The notes below the pieces were generated by a model that did no database searches, was not told the origin of the DNA, and was given only the letters and a program-made list of their open reading frames with translations. A stretch of 64,000 nt of DNA, taken from Nitrosopumilus sp. (GTDB taxonomy: Archaea > Thermoproteota > Nitrososphaeria > Nitrososphaerales > Nitrosopumilaceae). The position numbers and the translations under genes were made by a program. The stretch spans positions 1,303,849 to 1,367,848 of the forward strand of contig CBDBLX010000002.1 in NCBI GenBank assembly GCA_965207445.1, read 5' to 3'. This document shows, one piece after another, positions 52,881 to 63,739 of the stretch; positions within the stretch are counted from its first letter, which is position 1; each line of letters starts with the position of its first letter.

Positions 52881-55568
52881 CTAGGGTAGTACAGTGATCA
52901 CGACATCTTCGTGGACGGTAACGCTGCCATCATGTACAGTAAAGATGACAACATGTGTGCCGACATCCTCTGGCGTTGGTGTCCATGTGAATGTATCCTC
53001 ATGTATGGTACCAAATGCAGAGTTGACTAGATATTTGAGATCATCAACTGGTACATCCAAGTCAGTGGCAGACAGGACAATGGCAAGTGTTGAACCCACA
53101 ACTATTGATTGTGATCCGATCGTATCAAGTACCGGAGGCTGATTAGTCTCACTTACCACTATATCAAAGGATATACTATCGGATTGCGGAGGTGAACCGT
53201 CATCTGTTGCCGTTATCGTGACGCCGTATGTGCCATGTCCATGTGACTCATCAGGCGTCCATCTAAATATGCCACTGTCTGGTGTGATAGTAGCCCCTGG
53301 TGGCGCGTTTTGAATAGAATATGTCAAAGACTGCTCTTTATTCTCATCAGTGGCAGATGCATTAACAGTCAATAGTTTACCTTCTGTGGCGTTCTGCTGC
53401 TGTACTATGAAATCAAACACAGGCGGCACATTGGGTGTTAGCATGACTGTAATCTTGACGTCTTCGTGGTCTGCGAGTCCCTGATCAAAGACGGTGAACC
53501 GTACTGTGTGGACACCTATGTCCTCTGGTGTTGGCGTCCATACAAATGCATTATTGTGCATGTAACCGAATGTGGAGTTGACTAGATACTCTAGTTCATC
53601 GGCGGCAGGTACATCTGGGTCAGTAGCTGATAGTACAATGGCAAGTGGTACGTCTACTATTGCCGATACATTACCAATTGTAGCAAGCATTGGAGGCTGG
53701 TTAGTCTCACTTACCACTATATCAAAGGATATGCTATCGGACTGCATCCAGTCATCTGTCACCGTTATCGTGACGCCGTATGTGCCTTGTCCATGTGACT
53801 CATCAGGTGTCCATCTAAATATGCCACTGTCTGGTGTGATAGTAGCCCCTGGTGGCGCATTATCAATATAATATGTCAAGTTTTGTGCCATGTAACCTGC
53901 GTCTGTTGGATGTGCAGTAAGAATTAGCTCTGTTCCCTCACTGACGTTTTGTGTGCTTATGTGTGCGAGGCGCAGTGGATTTGTGATTAGAGGACGTACC
54001 GTAATCTCAACGTCTTCGTAGTCTGAGAGCCCCAAATCAGACACTGTAAATCGTACTGTATGAACGCCGGCATCCTCAGGCGTTGGCGTCCAGATAAACG
54101 TTTGATCATATATAGTACCACCAGTAGAGTTGGTAGAGTACACAAGTGCATTGATAGGAATGTCGCTGTCAATTGCGTGCATGTCAACTATGAGTGTAGC
54201 GCCAACATCAACTGACAGTGGTCCGATTGCAGCAAGTGTTGGGGATTGATTCTCCTCACTTACCACTACAGTGACAGCCTCGCTGTCGGACATCGGATAC
54301 TGTCCATCATCTGTGGCCACCACTGTGATGTGATATGTGCCTGGTCCCTGAGACTCATCAGGCGTCCATCTAAATATGCCACTGTCTGGTGTGATAGTAG
54401 CCCCTGGTGGCGCACCATAAAGCAGATATGTCATGTTCTGTCCTGCATCTGTATCTACTGCTGATGCAGTAAATGTCAGTGTTGAACCCTCAAATACTGT
54501 CAGCGCACCTATGGTGTCCAGGTGAGGTGGTGCGTTTGGTGCAAAGATTGTATCAAACAAAGAGAATATCTGTATGTTATAGCGCGTATTATCCAATACA
54601 AACAGATGGGTAGAGTTGGATGCAATAGAAGTAATAAATTCAAACTCTCCGTCTTTGAGTCCACCGCTACTACCATTGAACCCACTAATGTAGTTGCCAT
54701 CTGAGTCAAATATTGAAATATCGTCCCTCATAATGTCAGATACGAGCACATACTGTGAAACGTACACAATATCACTTGGCATCTGGAACTCTCCGTCTTT
54801 GAATCCACTACCTCCAAATATACTAACATAGTTGCCCTCAGAGTCAAATATCTGAATGTCATCAGTCCACGCATCGGCTGCAAATATGTGCGTAGAGTTT
54901 GATCCGATTGCGCTCAGATTAGTAAACGACTCACTACCCCACCTCGAATCTCCAAAAGACTTTATGTAGTTTCCAGAAGAGTCATACATACGAATAGTGT
55001 GATGGTCTGCGATGAATATGTTAGATCCTGCAACTGTAATGTCATGTTTTGTCAGAACATCCATATCAGGATCATACTCGTAACTCATATCAAAGTGACT
55101 CACGTATGTGCCCGAAGAGTCAAACACTTGGACGCGTAAATTCTTTGTGTCACATACAAGTAAATGTGTGCCGTTGTAGACCATGCCTGTAGGTGAGTTG
55201 AATCCACTGATATCATCAGTGTGGCCGTATCCACCCAACATGCCTGCAAACGTACCATTATTGTGAAATATCTGGATATAGTGACGATCATACTGAGTTA
55301 CAAACAAATGAGTTGAATTAGTTTCAATAAATGCCAGATTCGTAAACTCATCATTATTAATTCCAAATGATCCAAAACCAGATACAAAGTCCGGCGTGGT
55401 GTCTATCTGTGGATAGACAGGTGCCTGCCAATTAGCAGATGCATATTTTATGCCCTCTGGACCAAAGTCCCATTCTGACACGCCACCCACATACAGAAGA
55501 AACACCGTGGAGATTACCACTGTAAAAAATCTAAGATTCATCAGAGTCGAGATCATAATACCTATCAT
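52881..55568 (-). CDS. Surface protein with NHL beta-propeller and cadherin/He_PIG-like Ig repeats
   Basis: G.F..P..I....RVQVFD repeats; APPGATITPDSGIFRWTP and NQPP.L repeats. Confidence 0.88.
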   Translation of the reverse strand: MIGIMISTLMNLRFFTVVISTVFLLYVGGVSEWDFGPEGIKYASANWQAPVYPQIDTTPDFVSGFGSFGINNDEFTNLAFIETNSTHLFVTQYDRHYIQIFHNNGTFAGMLGGYGHTDDISGFNSPTGMVYNGTHLLVCDTKNLRVQVFDSSGTYVSHFDMSYEYDPDMDVLTKHDITVAGSNIFIADHHTIRMYDSSGNYIKSFGDSRWGSESFTNLSAIGSNSTHIFAADAWTDDIQIFDSEGNYVSIFGGSGFKDGEFQMPSDIVYVSQYVLVSDIMRDDISIFDSDGNYISGFNGSSGGLKDGEFEFITSIASNSTHLFVLDNTRYNIQIFSLFDTIFAPNAPPHLDTIGALTVFEGSTLTFTASAVDTDAGQNMTYLLYGAPPGATITPDSGIFRWTPDESQGPGTYHITVVATDDGQYPMSDSEAVTVVVSEENQSPTLAAIGPLSVDVGATLIVDMHAIDSDIPINALVYSTNSTGGTIYDQTFIWTPTPEDAGVHTVRFTVSDLGLSDYEDVEITVRPLITNPLRLAHISTQNVSEGTELILTAHPTDAGYMAQNLTYYIDNAPPGATITPDSGIFRWTPDESHGQGTYGVTITVTDDWMQSDSISFDIVVSETNQPPMLATIGNVSAIVDVPLAIVLSATDPDVPAADELEYLVNSTFGYMHNNAFVWTPTPEDIGVHTVRFTVFDQGLADHEDVKITVMLTPNVPPVFDFIVQQQNATEGKLLTVNASATDENKEQSLTYSIQNAPPGATITPDSGIFRWTPDESHGHGTYGVTITATDDGSPPQSDSISFDIVVSETNQPPVLDTIGSQSIVVGSTLAIVLSATDLDVPVDDLKYLVNSAFGTIHEDTFTWTPTPEDVGTHVVIFTVHDGSVTVHEDVVITVLP

Positions 55569-55777
55569 ACGGTTATCATAATCTTTGTATTTAACAAAAC
55601 TGCAATTGATGGCGTGTTACATAATTCGATGCGCATCCTATAGGACGACACCGTTGCAATATGACTCGGCAGGCTTGCAGTGACATGTATAAGAATACAA
55701 GATATAATGAGCAGATTTGAAGCCTTACATTTTCAAAAATCAAACATGTTGATCCGGCCCTGTACTTTTTTTTAAAT

Positions 55778-56930
55778 TTGGTGCGTAATTATATGCACAA
55801 ATAGTTGTTTATGTTTATGTTGTTGTTATTAGAATTATAATGTCGCCTCCTTTTGGCCAATTTGCAACATTGTGTTATAGGTGCATATATTTAATTTGAT
55901 CTCTTGGTAGATATTCTCCATCTTTCTTGCCATGACCGCACCACCGTATGTTCTCTTGAATGCAGATATCACAATCTCAACAAGCTAACCATAGTCCATA
56001 ATCTACTTGTTTTTTCCACTCTTTGCAGTTTGCCTCACGTTCGGATTCTGTAAGTGATGCAAGTTTCATTGGTGTGGCATCTGGGCCCCCAGTGAACTGC
56101 TCGAGTAGTACATTGGATCTAGCGCAGTCAACGCCACGAGCTTTGGTATTTGAGTTTGTTTGAACTCTCTGATGTTTGGTGTAATGTCTAATTCTCTACA
56201 CATTGAGAATATCTTTCTTGTATCAAAAACACCATCAGCAGTCATAGTAATTTTAGGATATGTCTTGCTCTTGTGATTTTTTTTGCTCTTTGACCTGTCT
56301 GCGTCGCGCGTCAGGTTCAATATCCATATTTCTGAGGACATATTCTAAAAGTTTTTTTGAATACGGGCTGCTCACCTGTTGAGCTGTTTGTGAGGCTAAA
56401 TGACAGAATCTCTGTGGTGTCTCTCTATCAATCATTGACTAGTCAGATAAATCCGCGTCGTACTTTGTGTACAAACGAATGTACTCGTTGCGTGTAAAAG
56501 GTGTCAGCCCAGTACCATTAGGTATCATATTGATTGAAAAATTTTCACAAGTAATCTTTGAGAGACTGTCTTTACAGATACATTTTGTGTATTAATTCAT
56601 CTAAATAGTGTGGTGAAATCAGGATTCCCTCCTTTATAGCCGCCTCACACATACCCTCACATGATCTGTATGGTAGTTGTAATACATCACGTACACGCGA
56701 TACAATTGCTATTGGGCTGTGTGTGTGTACATGAATGGTCGCCCTCATTTGTGCGATTCATGGCAGCTAGCTCCTCTGGATCATTATAGTTTTCAATTAG
56801 GTTTGCTATCATATCAAACAGATGGTGTGAACGTTTGACATACTTGTCATTGTATTCGTATGAGGATTGCTTGTCTGGTTTTCACTGCTTGGTGGTTTTG
56901 TCTACCTGCTCTGCACTTTTGTTCATGATA
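55778..56930 (-). pseudogene. IS5-family (IS903-like) transposase pseudogene
   Basis: ELAAMNRTNEGRPFMY, TADGVFDTR, VEIVISAFKRTYG; TTGGTGCGTAATT end at about 55778. Confidence 0.7.
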
Positions 56931-57079
56931 TAACCTCACCTTTGGTCTGCGTGTGCGGGGCACAAGTAGTGTTAAATTTATCCTTTACAATACTATATTG
57001 CTGATGTTTTGATCTCATCATTTTAGTGATCGATGAGATCTCACATTATGCGTATTTAACCTATTTGTACATCTACATT

Positions 57080-57160
57080 GTAACCGTTCAATCCCCGTAC
57101 CTGCGCCAGACGTTAGGCGGTGAATTTGTGCCTAAATTTGGGAAAGGGTTGAACGGTTAC
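57080..57160. mobile_element. 81-bp MITE family 1, copy F
   Basis: TIRs; TSD ATCTACATT / ATCTACACT. Confidence 0.9.
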
Positions 57161-57186
57161 ATCTACACTGCTACATAATGGCACAT

Positions 57187-58578
57187 CAGTAGTTCGCAAT
57201 GTGCTCAATTTTTAATGATCTTATTTCTAATTATGCAATGCGACAGATTTACAATGGTAAGGAACCACCGTGCTCCAATTCCCACCGAAGCAGTCTTCTG
57301 ATTGAACCGGCAATTGAATCTACAAACGCATCCATTGTGAATAATTTTTCATCTACAAGTCCGCCGTAATTTTCGTACCTTGCCATTACCCATAAACCAT
57401 ATAATAACATTCCAAAAAATATCAACAGTAATCGAAGCTGCAAGGCGTTGCTAGTTGTCTTTGGAGTCGTGTTTTTTATCACTCTGTATCCCGTCTCTAT
57501 TATCCAGCGCTTGCGATAAGTCTCTGGGATGGTTTTGATGAGTTTGCTTTTGCTAGTGATTTTCATATTTGTGGCAAATGCCACATACTGATCGACTGTT
57601 TTATCAGTTTCTTTGGCATTATTTTTTTTGACGATAAGTAATGTGAACTTTACTGCTTTTTTGTTTTTATCACGCATCTCAATGACTGATGCAGTTTTTC
57701 TCTTTTTGTTGTGAACTTCTAAAATATATTTTTGTATGCGCTTATTTTTAATTGCCGGCATTATGAAAGACAGGCGCAAGCGCAAAAGTTCATCTATGCA
57801 TGCAACATTGTAAAAACCCCGATCAAAGAGGCCAAGTTCCGGACGTGCATCCTCTCGAATTAATTTTTCAATGATTTTACGCATGACTGTGACCATTTTA
57901 TCCTTACTGGTCACACGATGTGCAAACAAAGGTATGTTATCTGGCTTGATTTACCATTTGTGCCGTCATAAATGAATGAAATCTCGCAGTACCATTTTTG
58001 GGCTTTGTTTTTAGCATCTCGGGTTTGAGTGCCTTGCCATAATATTCCCATCCGGTCATATCAATTGCAATAGTACCGCCTTTTTTGAGCATGTTGTGTT
58101 TTTTGGCATTCTTGAGCATTGCTTTGACATTCTCGTCACCCCATTGTTTTACTTTCTCTAGATCTGCACTTTTTAAGCATTTGAGCACAGTATTTTCAGA
58201 TGGTATGTTTATGCGCTCGTTTTTTCTAAAATAGTTAGCCTCATTGCGTTTTCTTTTGTGTGTTGCTGCATTTACGCACATGTTGTTGAGTGACATGGTG
58301 ACAAGTGTACCAAGATAATCATCCACCTCATACGTGTGGTTATATCTGGTTGATATGTCTAGTCCGAGATCGTCGAATCGTTTTCGTAAAACTTTATAAT
58401 TTACTTGTCCTAATTCATATTGATGTTCTAGTACCTCATTTTTCATATATTATCAGAGGTACTAAAATGTCCCCACATATTATACTTTCTATTTGATCTG
58501 ATCAAATATGATCGTCAACGTTCAACGACATTGCAGATTATTTAAATAAAATCATATAAAACACATTGCGAACTACTG
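57187..58578 (-). mobile_element. ISH3/IS4-family element, near-identical to 29875-31264, with a +1 frameshift in the transposase
   Basis: Same 17-bp TIRs, TSD ACAT; CAAGCAGGT changed to CAAGCCAGAT splits the ORF (57937-58446 and 57249-57929). Confidence 0.92.
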
Positions 58579-58597
58579 ACATTGTATAGATCAAATA

Positions 58598-58746
58598 GTG
58601 TGAACCAATCTCCATGACTAATATGATCGTTTAAAAATAACTCCTAACCAAATGCATCATATACACGATACTTGATATACAGACAGGAATATAACCAAAT
58701 ACAAGTATGTGATTTCACTATTGTGTACAATGAGCTTGGTTCACAC
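58598..58746. mobile_element. 149-bp MITE family 2
   Basis: GTGTGAACCAA...TTGGTTCACAC; flanks ATCAAATA / GTCAAATA (8-bp TSD, 1 mismatch). Confidence 0.88.
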
Positions 58747-59056
58747 GTCAAATACAAATATGGAGATATGTATATGTACACACAAAATGCCAAGGCGTAT
58801 CCCACGCCATGTTTTGCGCGTATACTTTGTAGGCTTGGAAGCACGGCCCGCTTATGGCTTGTTGTAGGCGTGACTTGACACACCTGCTGGCATCATATCT
58901 TGAGACAGACAGTCTTCCTGTCCAGTTTACAGAGCATTTGAGTGGCTTTGAATCGTGTAACGTAGGTTGCGCGGCTCACCATATGGCCACGACCCCAGAG
59001 GCGTATAAATTTACGAATTATGCAACACACTACTAAATAAATCAAAACATTTATCC

Positions 59057-59575
59057 ATGACACAACCCAGATTAATACATATGTCAACTATACTATCTAC
59101 ATTAGAACAAGATGAGATGAAAAAATGGTATACAGAAAGTGATGCATCAGTGTTTGACAGTGCAAAACCTATAACAGAAGCCCTTCCTCTATTAATGAAT
59201 ACACGTCCTTTTGCATTCAAACATGTTTGGGATATTAATTTTGGACCATACTTTCAAACAGATTTAGACAAGGTGCCAGCAGATGTCGAAGAGTGTGCGC
59301 TCTCAAACATTGCTGTTATGTCTGCTGCCAAATTTCCAGGTACTATGGGCAACGATATAAAAGCATATGGATTAATAGGGTGTGAAATTGGTAAGGGATA
59401 TAACATGTTGTATGATATTACAATGCGTAAACACCAGATTATTTTTCATTACCTTCGTAAATATGGCACGGCTTTTCAAGGTAATTTGCGTGTTGTATTA
59501 CCAGATGCAACCTCAAGATCATATGAAGATGGTATTGGTGATATAATTACAAAATCTTACCAAATGAAGGTTTGA
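59057..59575 (+). CDS. Hypothetical protein upstream of relE, with an apparent degenerate RelE-like fold
   Basis: 172-aa ORF, 8 nt before relE; W.I.F.P.F..DL..P...G..Y.MLYDI pattern. Confidence 0.7.
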   Translation: MTQPRLIHMSTILSTLEQDEMKKWYTESDASVFDSAKPITEALPLLMNTRPFAFKHVWDINFGPYFQTDLDKVPADVEECALSNIAVMSAAKFPGTMGNDIKAYGLIGCEIGKGYNMLYDITMRKHQIIFHYLRKYGTAFQGNLRVVLPDATSRSYEDGIGDIITKSYQMKV

Positions 59576-59583
59576 TCACATAA

Positions 59584-59838
59584 ATGACTTGGGGAGTTGA
59601 ACGTACGCCCACTTTTGATCGTCACTATTCTAATTTATCTTCAGAGGCACAAAGACGCTGCGATAATGTCATAACTGAGTTAATCAATGCAGATGACCCA
59701 AGTACGTTAGGTGAACGTCTTACAACTAAGAATTTCAAATATAGATTTGGTGATTATAGACTAATTTACAATGTTAAGCATGTACTTACTCTAGTTGAAT
59801 TGATTGATGTTGGCAAGCGGGGTAGAATTTACCAATAA
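59584..59838 (+). CDS. relE: RelE/ParE-family toxin
   Basis: TPTF.R....L; YRFGDYRLIY; DVGKRGRIY. Confidence 0.85.
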   Translation: MTWGVERTPTFDRHYSNLSSEAQRRCDNVITELINADDPSTLGERLTTKNFKYRFGDYRLIYNVKHVLTLVELIDVGKRGRIYQ

Positions 59839-59857
59839 TGTGATAAAAATGAACTCT

Positions 59858-59965
59858 GCTGTCTTTTCTTGATTTAACTTTGCATTATGTTGCGCAAAAG
59901 AACCATGTTTTGATTTAATGCAACGATGTTCTCTTTCATATAGCCAATCGTATCGCACAACTGTA
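59858..59965 (-). repeat. Decayed paralogous fragment of the gene at 63740-64000
   Basis: CTGTCTTTTCTTGATTTAACTTTG...TAGCCAATCGTAT shared with about 63894-63998. Confidence 0.8.
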
Positions 59966-60344
59966 ACCTTGTCATTTAATTCACCAATCTTGCGGTACGC
60001 CGTGTCTCTTTTGGCGTGCATGCGATCAATTTCCAAAGGCATCACACATACACCCCCCATCCGATCACATGTGTTGTGGTTAAATCCCCATTGTACAATA
60101 TTGCATTGTTGATGTTTCTATTTGTCATTTTTGTTAGACAATGACAAATAGCGACATCTTAAAAGCATGTTATCTGTATATTTAACGTCGTGCTTTGTGG
60201 TCAGAACATGCGTGCCTATTTATGTTCATTAGTAATTAGACCTGAACCCTTACGTTTAGGGCACCCAGGCAGTTAACCGTGTATTGCGCCTTTTGCGCAT
60301 CATGGTAAGTGATGGACTGGTGGATTTTTGCAAGCCCGCCAGAA

Positions 60345-60493
60345 GTGTAAACCAATCTCCATGGCTAATATGATCGTTTAAAAACATCTCCTAGCCAAAT
60401 GTACCACATACACGATACGTGATATACAGACAGGAACATAACCAAATACAAGTATATGATTTTATTATTGTGTTAAATGAGCTTGGATCACAC
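60345..60493. mobile_element. 149-bp MITE family 2, degenerate TIRs
   Basis: Same length and orientation as 58598-58746. Confidence 0.85.
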
Positions 60494-60724
60494 CACAGTT
60501 TTGACACACTATGGTGTAGAAATCTACCCATGTAATTGACACTGACGTTAACATCTTTTCTTTTGTCTGTCTGCTAGGCCGGGAGTGACTCGGAGATATC
60601 TTTTCTATTACTGACGGCGCTATTTGTCAATTGCTAACGATGTACCGCACAACTACATGATTGTACTCTTTGTCAGAAAGAATCTGGCGTACAAGCCCCC
60701 CGCGTACATGGCAATATCTATCTG

Positions 60725-61300
60725 TTAACATTCGACGATCTGATCTAGCTTATCCTTGGAATCGATAGGATACACCCTATCGTCGTGCAACGTAATATCT
60801 CTAATCTCGTCAAAAGTGGCTCTGTCACGAGATGCTATAATTATTGCCCAGTCTGTCCATTTTTTACTATCACGAATACCATCAAGCAGGACAAGGAATT
60901 TTTCATCGCTTCGATCCGATAGTCTACGTCTGGGTGTGGGGCCTATTTGATTTTTGTACATTCTGAGAGACAAAAAAATCTTGTCATCACGAAAGACTGG
61001 TTGTTTGTTGCCGATCTTTTTTTCAAAAATATGGCGAATCTGTTTTCCAACCTGTTTATGTCCCGCGTGAGAAAGACCTGTACAATAGTCATCAAGTATT
61101 TGTTTATTTGCAAAAAGAGTTATGGTCCTATCATACGGATGTGGATTTGTTTTTGAGACAATTTTTTTAATCCATTCCACAAGTTGTTGGACAAACGTGA
61201 TGGAAGGATCGGATGATTCTATAATGTCACGGAGAATGTTGGTGTCTACAACTAATCCGATACTCTTTTTCTTGATCAATTTAGCTCGAAAATTCGTCAA
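60725..61300 (-). CDS. PIN-like domain protein
   Basis: LVVDTNIL, DRSDEKFL, ASRD acidic PIN pattern; overlaps the ATPase gene end. Confidence 0.65.
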   Translation of the reverse strand: MTNFRAKLIKKKSIGLVVDTNILRDIIESSDPSITFVQQLVEWIKKIVSKTNPHPYDRTITLFANKQILDDYCTGLSHAGHKQVGKQIRHIFEKKIGNKQPVFRDDKIFLSLRMYKNQIGPTPRRRLSDRSDEKFLVLLDGIRDSKKWTDWAIIIASRDRATFDEIRDITLHDDRVYPIDSKDKLDQIVEC

Positions 61301-62444
61301 TCAGTGCATCAATCGCTTCATCAAAAATAGGCTGTTCGGCCTCTCCGTTTCGGTCTACTTCAATGTGCTCGATTGTAGTGGTGGTATGAGGGGTGCGATT
61401 AAAGTAGTATAAGTTTAGATCGGAATGTTTTATCTTTCCCCTACTAACCAATCCCAACAGTTTTTTAACAATATAGTCGCTGTGTGTGGTAAAGATTAAG
61501 TTGGTTTTTTTAGAATAGGATATGTCTTGTAGTATTTCAAGAAGTTTTAGTTGTTTGGCCGGTTCCAAATGTGCTTCTGGTTCCTCTATGATCAATGTTC
61601 CATTTGGTTCTACATAATGCATTCCGGCAATAATTGGAAATGCGGCGATTGTTCCAGAACCTGCGGACTCTAGTTTCGTGGTAAACCCGGTGGGATCTTT
61701 GTAGAATAGACGTGGCAGGCCCAATGGACTTTTTGAGATCACGTTTCCTAGGAATAGATCTGAAAACAATCTTCTAATGTTTGTGTCAAGATCGTCTGCT
61801 TGCGATGACAGTATCAGATTGTAGAATTGTTCTAGGTAATCTGGCATACTGTTAGCTGAGCGTGTAAATTTTTTGAGATCTTTGGTAGTGATCCTGTCAG
61901 GTAGATGCGATCTGCCAGTTCCAAAAACCCGCAACAAGTCATTCAGTAGTTGGCTTCGAATATGTGCAATATTTGTAAAGAATTGAATTGTTCCAGTCCG
62001 TCCTGCAGGGATATACACACTGTCGTATGTATTGGCAAATTCTTGTAGGGCAAAATAGAGAATATGGCTATTTACAGCATGGTTCCTGTCCAGAGTTTTT
62101 TTATCTATCGTAAAGTCTAGTGGTTTGTTTAGACGTCTTACGTGTATTGAACATTTGCTCTTTCCGTGCGTAACGATATCAAAAATAGGGATGTCTGATT
62201 TATCCAGTATTGCGTGCAAGTACAGATCGTTGTAATCTTTCTTTTCTAATTGCAAATATTTCTTTATCGTTGATGAGTTTAATAGTTTTGAGAGTGGGGG
62301 TGTTGAGTTAATGCCGTGTATTAATCTCGATGTAAGTGATTTTCCAGAGTTGTTTGGTCCAAAGAAGACGTTGATCTTGTTTTGCCTGATCGTGCCTTTT
62401 TTGATGGGGCCAAAATTCTCAAAAGAAATCTCTTTAAATCTCAT
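61281..62444 (-). CDS. AAA_15/AAA_21 ABC-type ATPase
   Basis: ENFGPI, GPNNSGKS, YIPAGR, AGSG, IIEEPEAHL, FTTHSDY; start reset to 62444 because the longer 5' end lies in a MITE. Confidence 0.9.
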   Translation of the reverse strand: MRFKEISFENFGPIKKGTIRQNKINVFFGPNNSGKSLTSRLIHGINSTPPLSKLLNSSTIKKYLQLEKKDYNDLYLHAILDKSDIPIFDIVTHGKSKCSIHVRRLNKPLDFTIDKKTLDRNHAVNSHILYFALQEFANTYDSVYIPAGRTGTIQFFTNIAHIRSQLLNDLLRVFGTGRSHLPDRITTKDLKKFTRSANSMPDYLEQFYNLILSSQADDLDTNIRRLFSDLFLGNVISKSPLGLPRLFYKDPTGFTTKLESAGSGTIAAFPIIAGMHYVEPNGTLIIEEPEAHLEPAKQLKLLEILQDISYSKKTNLIFTTHSDYIVKKLLGLVSRGKIKHSDLNLYYFNRTPHTTTTIEHIEVDRNGEAEQPIFDEAIDALIDEFSS

Positions 62445-62488
62445 ATGCCCGTTGCTGCCTCGGACTATATGTGCTTTTGTCGTATGGT

Positions 62489-62640
62489 GAGGTTGGTGCG
62501 TAATTGACATTAGCCTGCCTGTGACCCTTCTATGAGATTATTGAATAATTTAATTTATACATATAAAACTCTGGTGATATTTCCAGATAACTTTGCAAGT
62601 ACGATGCAGGTGGCGATTTGATGAATTACACATCAACCTC
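62489..62640. mobile_element. 152-bp MITE (family 4, TIR GAGGTTGGTGCGTAATT), probably IS5-derived
   Basis: 17-bp imperfect TIRs; same end motif at the IS5 pseudogene (55778) and at 4791-4807. Confidence 0.75.
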
Positions 62641-62684
62641 ATTGAGCACAAAAAACTTTTAACTGATATATGTATACTATTATT

Positions 62685-62867
62685 ATGTCATATAATGAAG
62701 AGCAAGATGCGGCTGAAGCTGAAGCTTTAAAAATGGATGCAGAAAAGACCGCACAATCTATCATAGACAGTGTACCATCAGATACATCAGATTCAGAAGC
62801 TGTAAGTAAATGGCAATCAGAGGCTTTAAATGCCTTGAATGACTTGTATAATAGAGCTAGTGGATAA
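62685..62867 (+). CDS. Small acidic helical hypothetical protein
   Basis: About 60-aa ORF with protein-like composition; AT-rich upstream region. Confidence 0.45.
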   Translation: MSYNEEQDAAEAEALKMDAEKTAQSIIDSVPSDTSDSEAVSKWQSEALNALNDLYNRASG

Positions 62868-63020
62868 AATGTCAAAACGGGAGGAAATATCTTACACGAA
62901 TTCGACAATTTGTTACAGAACTTATTGCTTTATTACAACGTGTAAATTTGAGTCCTGAAATGGTATCTGAAATAATCATATATTTGGGTAAATTGTTTGG
63001 ATTGTGAGGATGAAAAAATA

Positions 63021-63440
63021 ATGAAAAATCAGCAAGTCCTTTATTTGATTGATACATCAATGTTGGGTGCGTGCGTAATACTCATAACAATATTCATGTC
63101 TTTAAACATGGTAGTTGACACAGATATACCACATTCAGGAACAATCTCAGTCTTTGCAGCCTTTATGTGGGGTGTTTCATGTTTATGGTATTGGCTGTTA
63201 AGAGGTGCTACACCACTTACGCATTCATATGTGTGGCTTGCATTATCTTCTGTAGGCGTGTTTGTTTGGGGTATTATAACAGTTTCATTTATGGTATCAT
63301 TTTTTGTCTGGCATGAAGTTACAGTCAATCCTTTGACGATACTTGTCTTTTTGATGTCTTTGCGGATGCTTGCACATGTAGTATTGCTTACTTTAAGGGA
63401 TGTTTCAGTGGCGAGAATGTATTTTCACCAACCACAATAA
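63021..63440 (+). CDS. Four-TM membrane hypothetical protein
   Basis: Four hydrophobic segments; first ATG at 63021. Confidence 0.65.
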   Translation: MKNQQVLYLIDTSMLGACVILITIFMSLNMVVDTDIPHSGTISVFAAFMWGVSCLWYWLLRGATPLTHSYVWLALSSVGVFVWGIITVSFMVSFFVWHEVTVNPLTILVFLMSLRMLAHVVLLTLRDVSVARMYFHQPQ

Positions 63441-63739
63441 TTTGTTGCATAATTCGCCAATCTCCATGGCAGAGCGAAATTTGCAGTAGAATTCTGGCAA
63501 GGCCTAACACGATTACAGAAAGACGTGCGTCACTATGCCGCTAAAACTTGTGGATTCATGTTAAAAAAATGCCAAGTGATGCCAAAGCAATGTATTTCAA
63601 ATCACACATAATGTGATTCATCTGCACCGTTCGTGTCTCTGTTCATAGACTCGTTGTACTTTTTAGCCATATAAGATCAAGTTCTTTTTGAAACTTTGCA
63701 CGTTTGCCACCATATGGCTTGGATTTGGATGGGCTGCCA

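Noticed and set aside
58598..60493. Composite transposon of two MITE2 copies carrying relE
   Set aside because: The left copy has its own TSD and the outer flanks do not match, indicating independent insertions
62445..62510. 22-aa N-terminal extension of the ATPase in the ORF track
   Set aside because: Its ATG lies inside MITE family 4; the family-typical start is MRFKEISFENFGPI at 62444
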